A DNA stretch of 27,653 nucleotides from a virus (lineage: Duplodnaviria; Caudoviricetes), in the IMG/VR virus record IMGVR_UViG_3300012971_000074, positions 1 through 27,653 of that record; one strand, given 5' to 3'. The position numbers were made by a program, and so were the translations under genes. The number at the start of each line of letters is the position of its first letter. Within the stretch, counting starts at the first letter, position 1. The notes beneath the pieces are model-generated. The model worked only from the letters and a program-made list of their open reading frames with translations, was not told where the DNA came from and searched no databases. Below are positions 8,250 to 17,324 of this stretch, one piece after another.

Positions 8250-8611
8250 TTCGCTTCGCTGGAATCGCCACTCTCGCAGTCGACGGGCGGCAATACCAAT
8301 TGCGTGGCAACTTCACGGTATCTCCGAGCCCGCTCGAGAGAACAATGATAGCCGGCCAGGATGGAGTCCACGGCTACCAAGAGCTGCCTCGCGTTCCTTA
8401 CATCGAGGGCGACCTCTCGACGATGCCTGATCTCAACTTCGAAGATCTGTTGACGCAGGTCAATTCGACAGTCATCGCGCAATTGGCGAATCACAAACAA
8501 TACACTCTACAGGGGGCGACCGTTAAAGGTGCCTTCGAACTCAACACGCGTGACGGCCAGGCACGCGTCCGCTGGGAAGGTATTAGCTGCCTCGAGATCA
8601 ATCTCGGATAG
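8243..8611 (+). CDS. Tail tube protein (Mu gpM-like)
   Basis: AG.A...VDG.Q..LRG.......RT..AG.DGVHGY.E.P.VPYIEG and LAN...Y.L..A pattern; 122 aa; AGGAGG RBS 8232-8237 with TTG start. Confidence 0.92.
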   Translation: MAIRFAGIATLAVDGRQYQLRGNFTVSPSPLERTMIAGQDGVHGYQELPRVPYIEGDLSTMPDLNFEDLLTQVNSTVIAQLANHKQYTLQGATVKGAFELNTRDGQARVRWEGISCLEINLG

Positions 8612-8619
8612 GAGGAGTC

Positions 8620-9108
8620 ATGGAGTTTGGCAAAGACGGACAGCCCATCCGCGAGGGCTTTCAGAACGCGACGGGGGGCGCGCCGCCGCAGACGCGCGTC
8701 GTGGGAAACGGCGGCGGGGGCACCGGACCGGTCATCGATGCTCAGCCGATCCCGGTAGCCGTGCCTGCGATCGAAGAGCCGCCGCAAGTCGTGCCGGCGC
8801 CGCCTCCGGTCAATCCGTTTCCGATCACGGTGAAGCTGCTTTATCGGCCGATCGAGGGCAACAACAGAGAGATATTGAAGCAGCTCACATTCCGCGAGCC
8901 AACCGGGGGCGACATCAATCGCTGCGGCAATCCGTGTCGCATCGATAACGACGGCAACGTCATCATCGACGAAAAGAAGATGACGTTGATCATGGCCAAT
9001 TTGTCTGGCGTGTTGTCGCCATTGCTCGACCGCATGGATCCGCGTGACTGGAATTCATGCGCGTATCGGCTGCGGAATTTTTTTCTACCCGATCTGGCGG
9101 CCTGGTAA
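8620..9108 (+). CDS. Tail assembly chaperone (Mu gp41 / P2 gpE-like)
   Basis: LTFREPTGGDI ... LD.MDPRDW ... NFF; lies between tube and tape measure; GGAGGAG RBS. Confidence 0.88.
   Translation: MEFGKDGQPIREGFQNATGGAPPQTRVVGNGGGGTGPVIDAQPIPVAVPAIEEPPQVVPAPPPVNPFPITVKLLYRPIEGNNREILKQLTFREPTGGDINRCGNPCRIDNDGNVIIDEKKMTLIMANLSGVLSPLLDRMDPRDWNSCAYRLRNFFLPDLAAW
9078..9084 (+). promoter_or_regulatory. Programmed -1 ribosomal frameshift site T TTT TTT
   Basis: T7 run correctly phased as X XXY YYZ near the 3' end of the chaperone gene; the -1 frame is open to 9278. Confidence 0.85.
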
Positions 9109-9278
9109 GCGTCGACGACAATATGGTGCTCGACTGCTACCGGCTGGCGAAGTGGTACTCCGTCAGTCCAGAAACGTTTTTGAAGATGTCATTGAGTGAG
9201 GTCCAGATCCATTTGGATCGAACGATCCAGCTTGCCCAGATAATGCGGCGGGAAGCCGAGAGCGGCGAAGATGGCTGA
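9084..9278 (+). CDS. Frameshift extension of the tail assembly chaperone (P2 gpE'/lambda gpT-like); fusion about 219 aa
   Basis: -1 frame reads STRSGG...LAKWYSVSPETFLKMSLSEV, resembling the gpE' LA..F..SP.....M.L.E pattern; ends overlapping the tape measure start. Confidence 0.8.
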   Translation, partial: STRSGGLVSVDDNMVLDCYRLAKWYSVSPETFLKMSLSEVQIHLDRTIQLAQIMRREAESGEDG

Positions 9279-12200
9279 ATTTGAAGAGCTACGCATAACG
9301 GTCAAGGTCGCTGATGAGGCCTCGGGGCAACTCGGGGCCTTAAAGCAAGGTCTTGACAAGTTGGGCGGCCTCGACGTCACGCGAAAATTTGAGGGCATCC
9401 ACAAGCAGATTTCCGGCATTGAGCAAGAGATCAAAAAGCTCATGCTCAACTTTGCCACTGGCGGCCCGTCGCTAGAGGCGCTTGCAAACTTCGCCAAAGG
9501 CATCGGGCCGATCGGTCTTGCGGCGGTCGCTGTCTATGAGACGTTGAAAGTTACGGTGAATGCGCTCAAGCGCCAGGCTCAAGATCTTCTCAACATGGAA
9601 GCGATGGCGAAGCGTACCGGCGAAAGCACCGCGCAGTACATCAGGACGATGGAGGAGTGGCAGCGCGCCGGCGTTCCGATCGAGCAAGCTGGCGCGCAAT
9701 GGGAGCGGTTCGTCGATACCTGGAGCCATTTGCGGCGCATGGATGAACAGGGGCGCGAGACGTGGTTGCAGTTGTTTACGCATGTTGCTCCCCAAGACGC
9801 GCCTAGATTGGAGCAGCGCCTACGCGAAATTATCGCCATGCCTAACCCGCAGCAAGCCGCGAACGCGCTCAAGAAGTTTTTCGACGATGTTGGCCGTCAT
9901 TATGCGCGCCAGGCCGATATAGACGAGCGCCGCAAAGGGCCAGAAGAGCAGCGAAAGTTGCTGCGCATCTGGGGACTTCCCGACCTCGATCGAGTCCGAC
10001 AGGCATTCACCATCGTCGACGAGCAAGAAGCCGCCGACATGGATCGCATGATCGAAGCTGCGCGCGAATTTAATGAGGTTAGCATTAGTATCGAGCAGCA
10101 TTGGGATGCCATCATGCGGGCGATGGCGACAAGGATCATGGAAGGTCCGCTTGGCCCAATTCTCAAATTGATCGACAAGGCGCTCGGTGGCGTTCTTAGT
10201 GCGACCGAAAGAGAGCAGGAGGCGCCGGAAAGGTGGGGTGTTTGGAGCAGGCAGAATATCCGTCGAGAACAATACATACGAGACAATCTCAAAAACATGA
10301 TCCCGTTTACGCTCGAGGAGATCCGCGAGCGGATAGGCGGCACGCTTGTCGAGCACCCGCCTGGTGCGCTTGGCAACACGGCCGCGCCGCTCATGAGCAC
10401 GGGAATGCAAGACGTCACGCGAGAGTTGGAAAAACAGCGTGATTACACTGGCGAGCTCACTGATCAATTCCGGCGCTTGAATGCGTTGCTGTCTGGCGAA
10501 GATCTCGAGACGCGCGATCTAGCTAAGCAGCTTGGTTTGCCAGACGTGAAAGGCAATCCGGCTTTCCATAATCAGCCACAAGGCGGTTCGGTCGGTGAAA
10601 GCAATCCAATGCAATTGCCGGCAAGCGAACCACAACCAGGTGGCGGCGCGCCAGCAGAAGCGCGCGAAACGCCGACAGAAGCGAAAGAACCTTTGTTGCG
10701 GCCTTATCGACCGGGGGACGTTTCGCGGGGGACATATACATCGAAAGGAGTTACAAAACAGTATCCGATACTCAGTGCAGCAGCAACGCCATTGCAACCG
10801 CAATTTCCTGGTGAACAGGTCTATACCGGGGTGAGCAAGGGTAAAGGCGTTGCGAGTTGGTATGGGTATGATCCTGCTTTTTATGCAAAAGATGATCCGA
10901 GTGATCCAAAGGGCAGCAATGCTTTGCGCGTTCCCGAGAGATATCAAGGGATTTCTATGTCCACCGGCAAGTCGGGGGAGCTTGGATCATCGGGTCAATC
11001 GCTAGGACAATGGCATCTTGTTTTCGATCCTAATACTCAATTGACATATTTGAAGCAGCAAACCGATTATGGGCCAGGAATTAGAACTCAAAAGCTAGTT
11101 GATGCTTCAGCAGCGATGGCGGCGCGTATAGAACAAAAGTCGGGGAAAATAGGATATACCAGAAAAGAATGGGAGGCGATGCAAGAGAAAGTCGAGAAAG
11201 GTGAGGTTGCCCCGTGGGAAGTACAGCCGGCAGGATTTGGAACTTATGGTCGGCCAGGTTTTGAAGGAAAAGATATAACCGCACCTCAAATTAAAGGAGT
11301 TGATCCTACAACTGAAACTCAGAACATATATGAGTTGGATACAAGAAGATTGCTAAACCCATCTTTGGATTATCGGCCAGATTATGCTGGAGGTGGTGGT
11401 CGCGAGAAGGTTCCTAAAGGGCTTGAAGGTGCGCCAAGGACGGTAGGGGAACAGGCTTTTGGTGGCGCAGGAGCTTTCGACGTCAGCGGCTCGGAGTGGA
11501 AGCGACAACCGAATGTTCCAGAAGAAGGTCTTGAAATAGGCAAGAAGATACCAAAGTCAGAAATTTTATTAGCTAAACAGCAATCAGAATATGATCCGAC
11601 TCAGCCGCTTGCTTTAATATCTACAGACAAGCAGCAGCAGGAGCGAAAACAGTTAGGGGATCAAGGAAATGTCCCGCTGCCGCGAGAGCGGCCACAAACG
11701 CCACAGAGTAGCAGTGAACTAGATGCCTTGACTACTCTTGGAGCAAAAAAAGCTGAAGGCAAGGTTTACGCTTACGATGCTCCAAACTTGCCTGACTCTC
11801 CAACAGTCAGAAAAGCTATCGCGGAGGACCCGCTCGGCTTCTCTTATCCGAAGCTTGGAGAGGTCTATTATCGGCCCGGCTCCGGTGAAGAGATAACCAC
11901 GATCGCTCACGAGTATGGTCACGTTGGACGCGAGGCTGTGCGACAGGAAGCTTTGAAGCCCGGCGGCAATATATTCGAGCGTTACAAAGCTTATGTTGAT
12001 CCTAAGTTTGAGGGCATTGAACCAAAGCGGCAGGAAGAGCGCCTGCAACGTTACCTGGATTATGACGAAGCGCAGAGATTGAAACGATCGGGTGCGATTA
12101 CTTCTACCGAATACGAGAAGACTCTTAAGGAAACAGCGGCATCGTTCCGCTTGGAAGGGACGGCTGCGGGGACGGAACGTGAGGAGCTCGAGGCCTCGCG

Positions 12201-12399
12201 TCATATTGAAGCGCAGGAAAATCTTGCTCGCAAGATACTGGACAAAAGCCTTGCACGCGAAAACGAACCTGAGCCCAAGGGCAATCTTGACGTGCGCGTG
12301 AGCGCGCCCAACGGCACTAAAGTCAAAGCTGATGGCGACGGAATGTTCAAGGGCAACGTTTCGCTCGAACGCCAGATGGAATTGCCAACGTTGCAGTAA
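9271..12399 (+). CDS. Tape measure-like protein 1 with RlpA/DPBB-like and HEXXH cargo regions
   Basis: Canonical position; ~410-aa helical N-terminal region; GVASWYG...TDYGP...LVDASAAMA (about 10840-11130); TIAHEYGH (HEYGH 11908-11922); C-terminal GNLDVRV..PNGTKV motif. Confidence 0.8.
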   Translation: MAEFEELRITVKVADEASGQLGALKQGLDKLGGLDVTRKFEGIHKQISGIEQEIKKLMLNFATGGPSLEALANFAKGIGPIGLAAVAVYETLKVTVNALKRQAQDLLNMEAMAKRTGESTAQYIRTMEEWQRAGVPIEQAGAQWERFVDTWSHLRRMDEQGRETWLQLFTHVAPQDAPRLEQRLREIIAMPNPQQAANALKKFFDDVGRHYARQADIDERRKGPEEQRKLLRIWGLPDLDRVRQAFTIVDEQEAADMDRMIEAAREFNEVSISIEQHWDAIMRAMATRIMEGPLGPILKLIDKALGGVLSATEREQEAPERWGVWSRQNIRREQYIRDNLKNMIPFTLEEIRERIGGTLVEHPPGALGNTAAPLMSTGMQDVTRELEKQRDYTGELTDQFRRLNALLSGEDLETRDLAKQLGLPDVKGNPAFHNQPQGGSVGESNPMQLPASEPQPGGGAPAEARETPTEAKEPLLRPYRPGDVSRGTYTSKGVTKQYPILSAAATPLQPQFPGEQVYTGVSKGKGVASWYGYDPAFYAKDDPSDPKGSNALRVPERYQGISMSTGKSGELGSSGQSLGQWHLVFDPNTQLTYLKQQTDYGPGIRTQKLVDASAAMAARIEQKSGKIGYTRKEWEAMQEKVEKGEVAPWEVQPAGFGTYGRPGFEGKDITAPQIKGVDPTTETQNIYELDTRRLLNPSLDYRPDYAGGGGREKVPKGLEGAPRTVGEQAFGGAGAFDVSGSEWKRQPNVPEEGLEIGKKIPKSEILLAKQQSEYDPTQPLALISTDKQQQERKQLGDQGNVPLPRERPQTPQSSSELDALTTLGAKKAEGKVYAYDAPNLPDSPTVRKAIAEDPLGFSYPKLGEVYYRPGSGEEITTIAHEYGHVGREAVRQEALKPGGNIFERYKAYVDPKFEGIEPKRQEERLQRYLDYDEAQRLKRSGAITSTEYEKTLKETAASFRLEGTAAGTEREELEASRHIEAQENLARKILDKSLARENEPEPKGNLDVRVSAPNGTKVKADGDGMFKGNVSLERQMELPTLQ

Positions 12400-12402
12400 G
12401 CC

Positions 12403-15400
12403 ATGGCCGAATTTGAGGAACTAACCTTAGAAGTCAATCTCGTCGACAACGCGACGGCGCAGCTCGACGTGTTGAAGAAGGGCTTTGCCGAGCTCGGCGT
12501 CGGGACGCAGAACCTCGAGAACCTTCGCCGGCACACCGCCGAACTCGAAAAGAGCATGAAAGAGCTAGTCGAGGTCATTGGCAAAGGTCCAGACGCGTTG
12601 ATCAAATTTGCAACTGGATTTGGTGCGGTTGGCGTTGCGATCGGGGGCGCCGTCATGAGCGTCGAAAAGTTGACGCGCAGCTTGACCGAGATGGCGAAAG
12701 AGTCAGTCGACCTCGGCGTCCTGGCGCATCGCATCGGCATGGATCCGGCCGAAACGCGCGCGATGACCGAAGCCCTTGAGCGTCAGAACATATCAAGGGC
12801 ACAAGCACAGCAAGGTCTCGAAAAATTCGCGGCGACTATGAATGACGTGCAGCGTGGGGGCGCTGGCGTCAGGGGTACACTGCAACGCCTTGGGTTCGAA
12901 GGCGTCACAAGAAGCATGGAGGGGCTTTTCGAGCAAATACGGAAGCTACCTGATCTGGCATCGCAGTGGGATGCCGTCAGAGAGTATGCGCGCGTACAGG
13001 GGGAAGCCGAAGCGCGAAGGTCGGGCGGCGCGGCGGGTGTATATGAGCGACAGATCCTCGAGATAATTGGCAGCCCGCTTATGCAGCAGGCGACCAACAG
13101 CATGCGGGCTGCGGTTGCCGAGGTCGACGAGATACGTCGGCGAAATGAAGCCAGAGCGATCGCGGCTGGCCAGCAACAGCTCGATCTCGTGGGAAAGATC
13201 CATTCGAAGTGGAGCGAGATTGCCCGCTTCATGGGCACCGACATCATGGCGGGGCCGCTTGGCAAAGGACTCAAGTGGATCGACGAGAAACTTGAAGGCT
13301 GGCTTAACTTAATCAAACAGGAGCGGGCGAAACCATCACGGCTCGAACGCCCCGAAGAACGCGAGGTCCCATGGCCGCAGCAATTGGATTGGTTATTCGG
13401 CACGGGGCATCCAAAAGCAGGTTTTAACGAACGATTTGGCAATTGGCCTCAGACCGCGGCGCCACAGCAACAGCAGCAGCCGGGGGCGACTGCGCCGCAG
13501 CGGCTTATGGGCGGTGAAGGCCGTGAGGGCGTTCGTGGTTTCACCGGGCCTTACGCGCCGATGACGCCGGAGAGCTGGAAAAATGCGGCCGATTGGGCCG
13601 AGCAGCTCCATGGCGACTATTCGACCAATATCGAACGCCGCGATTTGATGGAGGAGGAGAACACGAAGACGCGTGAGCTGATCAATCAGCTCAAACGGAC
13701 GAACGCATTGCTGTCGGGCGAAGAGAAACCCAGCGGTGCCGCGCTCGGCTTGCTGTCGACGCAGGCGGGCGGCCTCAAACCGGGCCTTGGCGCTGGAGGC
13801 GGCGCCGCTGGCGCTCCTCCGATGGGCGCGTTGCCTGGCATGCCGGGTTATGGCGGCGACGGTAGGGGCGGCGATGGTCGCCCTCCTGGCGCTCCTGGCG
13901 CTCCTCCTCCATCGGGGACGAGTGGCACTCCTGGCGTTACCTATCCCGCATTAGGAACGCCGCAATTGCCCCGAGTGTCTTACGCGGGAGTTGCGGGGGC
14001 GCCAGGGACGCCGAGCGGACCAGCGCCAGGCCAGCCGCCGGCGCCGGTGCAGCCATTGCCGCGTGAAGGACTGCCCGGTGGTCCATCGGGTCGCGCTCTC
14101 ACTCCCGCGGAACGGGCCGCTGGTGGTGCTGCGCCTCCGGGCAAAGATGGCACTCCTGGCGCTGCTGGGACGCCGCCTCAGACTTATGGTGACAGCACAG
14201 CGAAGCAAGCTGTCGCCCAAGAAGTCGCGAACGAGATGCGCAAGCAAGGCTTCAACGAGAACGCGATCGCGGGAATGCTTGCCAACATCAAGGAAGAGTC
14301 AGCGTTTAATCCAGCGCTGCGCCATGCCGATCAACCGCGGTTTAGCGGCGAGGCGCACTACGCTCACGGTCTCTTTCAAGAGGGCGGCGCCGAGTGGAAC
14401 ACGTGGGCGGCGGACATGCGTCGCCGCGGCCTCGATCCAATGCAAGCATGGAAGGATCCAAAGGAGGCCGCAAGTTTCGTTGCAAGAAGACTGAAAGGTG
14501 AGCTCGGTGACAAACAATATGCACAGCTTTACCGCGACATACAGAATGCGAAGTCGCCGCAAGAAGCAGCGAAACTTTTTGCATCAAGATATTTGAAACC
14601 TGCTGCTCCTTATTTGAGGAGTAGATTGGCGGGATTTGAGCGGGCTCCGCCGCCGGGAGTCGAGGCTTATACTGGGAGAGGAACGCCAACAGAGGGGGCG
14701 GTGCCAACGCCCCCAGCAGCAGCGGGACCAACAAGTCTACCGCAGCCTGGCGCAGCAGGAGCCGCAGGCGGAGTTATTGATTACAGCAAAATGTCGGGAA
14801 AACGCTCAAACGAAGGAGGCATGGAATCATACATCGAATATGCGGCACTCAAATCCGGTCTCAATGTTCAAGTAGCTCATGGATTAGAGGCTGGCCACAA
14901 GCGCCATCGTCCAGGGTCACCATCATATGACCTCGATCTTCTTGATCCCCAAACTGGACGCAGGCTCAGCGCGAATAATCCTGGCGATCGAGAAAGGATT
15001 GCAAAATTCATCGAGGAGGCGGCTGCCTCTGGAGCTACTGGGATTGGAGCTGGTTATGTGTACATGGGCGGTCATCGTTTTCATATTGGCGGCGGCACGC
15101 CAGCAGTTTGGGGCGATGGTTTAGTTCGTGCAGGTGCGCCTGGTTGGGTTATCGCAGCGTATGAGCGTGGGCGAGCGCGAGAGATTACGGCGCAGCAACG
15201 CACTGCTGAGTTGCAGCAGATGCGCAATGCGCAAAGGGTTCAGGTTGCGGGGCCAGTTCCCACTCCTGGGCCACCTCAACCCCCAATCACGACTCCGATA
15301 GTCACGACTTCGCCCGCGGGAACTCGAACAGAGACCGCCACTGGCACGACATGGACGTCTGCGCAAATTGCTGAGTCGGAACAGGACCGTGCCAACAGAC

Positions 15401-16122
15401 GCAATCTTGCAATCTCGCACATGAGCGGCTGGAAAGGAACGCCAAGCGAAATTAACCAGGAACGAGACGACAGACGCAATCTCGCGATCTCACATATGAG
15501 CGGCTGGAAAGGGACGCCGAGCGAAATTAGCGAGGAGGAAGATAATAGACGCAACGCTGCAATTTCTCACATGACCGGATGGAAAGGCACGCCTAGTGAG
15601 ATGGCAGCAGAGCGAGACAACAAACGCAATCTCGGAATCTCCCACATGACCGGCTGGAAAGGAACGACAAGCGAAATTGAAAAAACGCAAGATGATACGC
15701 GCAATCGCGCAATTTCACACATGACTGGATGGAAAGGTACACCTAGTGAGGTTGAAGAGGAGAAAGACAATAGACGTAATTTCGCTCTCTCACATATGTC
15801 TGAATGGCAGCGTGGAGGCGCCTTCGGAGCCCGCCCGCGAAGAGAACGCGGCATAGTTAGAACGCCGGCGGAAGAGCCACCACGACAGGTCGATCGCGGT
15901 GTGATTGATGCCATTGCCGGGGCGCGCATGCGTCACCGCTCGATCGGCACCGCGAAAATCGACGTCAACGTAAAAGGCGAAGGCCAGAAGAGCGTCACGC
16001 AGACCGGACCGTTTCGTGCGGTGCGCATGTCGCGGGACACGGGAATGACGAAATCGAATTCGGGACCGCCGGCGTCATCAGGGGCAACCGGCGAGAGTCA
16101 CGATCCGTCATTGGACAGCTAA
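12403..16122 (+). CDS. Tape measure-like protein 2 (paralogue) with phage tail lysozyme-like and M15-peptidase-like cargo regions
   Basis: Same MAEFEEL start and shared internal motifs as protein 1; Pro/Gly linker; GFNENAIAGMLANIKEESAFNP...GLFQ (lysozyme-like); RH...YDLDL...GATGIG..Y.YMG..RFHIG (M15-like); 25-aa repeats. Confidence 0.78.
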   Translation: MAEFEELTLEVNLVDNATAQLDVLKKGFAELGVGTQNLENLRRHTAELEKSMKELVEVIGKGPDALIKFATGFGAVGVAIGGAVMSVEKLTRSLTEMAKESVDLGVLAHRIGMDPAETRAMTEALERQNISRAQAQQGLEKFAATMNDVQRGGAGVRGTLQRLGFEGVTRSMEGLFEQIRKLPDLASQWDAVREYARVQGEAEARRSGGAAGVYERQILEIIGSPLMQQATNSMRAAVAEVDEIRRRNEARAIAAGQQQLDLVGKIHSKWSEIARFMGTDIMAGPLGKGLKWIDEKLEGWLNLIKQERAKPSRLERPEEREVPWPQQLDWLFGTGHPKAGFNERFGNWPQTAAPQQQQQPGATAPQRLMGGEGREGVRGFTGPYAPMTPESWKNAADWAEQLHGDYSTNIERRDLMEEENTKTRELINQLKRTNALLSGEEKPSGAALGLLSTQAGGLKPGLGAGGGAAGAPPMGALPGMPGYGGDGRGGDGRPPGAPGAPPPSGTSGTPGVTYPALGTPQLPRVSYAGVAGAPGTPSGPAPGQPPAPVQPLPREGLPGGPSGRALTPAERAAGGAAPPGKDGTPGAAGTPPQTYGDSTAKQAVAQEVANEMRKQGFNENAIAGMLANIKEESAFNPALRHADQPRFSGEAHYAHGLFQEGGAEWNTWAADMRRRGLDPMQAWKDPKEAASFVARRLKGELGDKQYAQLYRDIQNAKSPQEAAKLFASRYLKPAAPYLRSRLAGFERAPPPGVEAYTGRGTPTEGAVPTPPAAAGPTSLPQPGAAGAAGGVIDYSKMSGKRSNEGGMESYIEYAALKSGLNVQVAHGLEAGHKRHRPGSPSYDLDLLDPQTGRRLSANNPGDRERIAKFIEEAAASGATGIGAGYVYMGGHRFHIGGGTPAVWGDGLVRAGAPGWVIAAYERGRAREITAQQRTAELQQMRNAQRVQVAGPVPTPGPPQPPITTPIVTTSPAGTRTETATGTTWTSAQIAESEQDRANRRNLAISHMSGWKGTPSEINQERDDRRNLAISHMSGWKGTPSEISEEEDNRRNAAISHMTGWKGTPSEMAAERDNKRNLGISHMTGWKGTTSEIEKTQDDTRNRAISHMTGWKGTPSEVEEEKDNRRNFALSHMSEWQRGGAFGARPRRERGIVRTPAEEPPRQVDRGVIDAIAGARMRHRSIGTAKIDVNVKGEGQKSVTQTGPFRAVRMSRDTGMTKSNSGPPASSGATGESHDPSLDS
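15397..15810 (+). repeat. 75-bp (25-aa) tandem coding repeat, 5 full copies + 1 partial
   Basis: Units start at 15397, 15472, 15547, 15622, 15697 and 15772; consensus RRNxAISHM[ST]GWKGTPSE followed by 7 variable, mostly acidic residues. Confidence 0.95.
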
Positions 16123-16652
16123 TGCCGATTGCAACCATCCGCGATGCTGTGCAGGTCTCGCCCTGGCGTTCGAAGTTTTTGCCTGCGCATTTCGACGGCC
16201 GATTATTTCACGTTGAAGCTGGCTCACGCGAGTCAGGCCGTCGAATCGTGACGCATGAATTTCCGAAAAAAGACTTACCTTATAGTGAGGACATGGGCCG
16301 CAGAGCGGTCGAGTTTTCAGTTCGCGGCTATCTTATTCAGTACGTGGTTGACGCCAATCCACTTTATTTGCGCGATTACACGAACCCGCGTGATGCGCTG
16401 ATGGACCGGCTCGAGACCGGGGGCTCCGGTACGCTGCAGCTCCCATTCCAGCGACCGCTGACCGTCGTCTGTACGCGCTACCGCCTGACTGAGGAAGAGC
16501 GGATCGGCGGCTATGTCGTCTTTGACATGACATTCGTCGAGCTTGGCGCGCCGCCGTTTCAAACGGTAGTCAGCAGCTATCAACAGCTAATCGAGCAATC
16601 GCAGGCCTTGCGCGACATGGTACTTACATCGCTTGCGGCCGTTCATGGCTAA
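16122..16652 (+). CDS. Mu gpN-like 'DNA circularization' protein, N-terminal domain (tube initiator)
   Basis: WR..LPA.F.G..FHVE......GRRIVTHEFP..D.PYSEDMGR motif. Confidence 0.9.
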   Translation: MPIATIRDAVQVSPWRSKFLPAHFDGRLFHVEAGSRESGRRIVTHEFPKKDLPYSEDMGRRAVEFSVRGYLIQYVVDANPLYLRDYTNPRDALMDRLETGGSGTLQLPFQRPLTVVCTRYRLTEEERIGGYVVFDMTFVELGAPPFQTVVSSYQQLIEQSQALRDMVLTSLAAVHG

Positions 16653-16655
16653 ACC

Positions 16656-17324
16656 ATGTTTAGACCCGACGCTAAGGAAGCTGCCCCGCTTTGCAATCGC
16701 GTGTTGAGCTACATGCTGAAGCTTGCTCCAACGCAGGGCCGTCCTGGATCTGACCTGCGCACGGCAGTCGGCGATTTCATCGCGAATTCCGAGACGTTAT
16801 TTGCAGACGACCAAGCAGGGCCGCCCCTTGATGCAATCTTCGAGCTCGCCCGTGTGACTGGCTTGACGCAGCCACAGCTCGAGTCGGTTCGTCTTGCGGC
16901 AGTCGCAGAAGCGCCAGTGCTCCTCGGCGCTGTGTTGGTCCAGAACGCGCTGATCAGGTTTTGCCTCGCGTTTGAGTGTCGCATTATCGCCGACATGACC
17001 TTCGTGAGCCGGCAGGACGTCGACAACATCAAGGCAATCATGACAACCGCGTTTCAGCCGGCAGAGGAGCTCGCGGCCGACGATATGGATCAGGTGGCAT
17101 TTATGGCGCTGGTCCAGCTACACGCGGCGCTAGCGTTTCATCTTGATCAGACTGCGCGCCCGCTGCCGCGCATGCTCGATTACGCGTTCGCGGATGTACT
17201 CCCTACGCTCGTGCTTGCATATCGGCTCTATGCCAATGCTGGCCGGGCCGACGAGGTGCGCGCTGAAAATAAAATCGTTCACCCCGCATTCGGCTTGCGG
17301 GAAGGAAAAGCGCTGTCGGGCTAA
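16656..17324 (+). CDS. Mu gpN-like protein, C-terminal portion (separate ORF)
   Basis: LP........LPTLVLAYRLY.NA.RADEV..EN.IVHP.F is the typical C-terminal motif of Mu N-like proteins. Confidence 0.82.
   Translation: MFRPDAKEAAPLCNRVLSYMLKLAPTQGRPGSDLRTAVGDFIANSETLFADDQAGPPLDAIFELARVTGLTQPQLESVRLAAVAEAPVLLGAVLVQNALIRFCLAFECRIIADMTFVSRQDVDNIKAIMTTAFQPAEELAADDMDQVAFMALVQLHAALAFHLDQTARPLPRMLDYAFADVLPTLVLAYRLYANAGRADEVRAENKIVHPAFGLREGKALSG

Noticed and set aside
15397-15810. CRISPR-like array (conserved block + variable block, fixed period)
   Set aside because: Period is exactly 25 codons in frame, variation in the conserved part is largely synonymous, repeats are not identical or palindromic, and no cas genes are present.
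9271-16122. Inteins as the explanation for AT-richer inserts in the tape measures
   Set aside because: No C/S...HN-C/S/T splice-junction motifs or LAGLIDADG blocks seen; the inserts carry hydrolase-like motifs instead.
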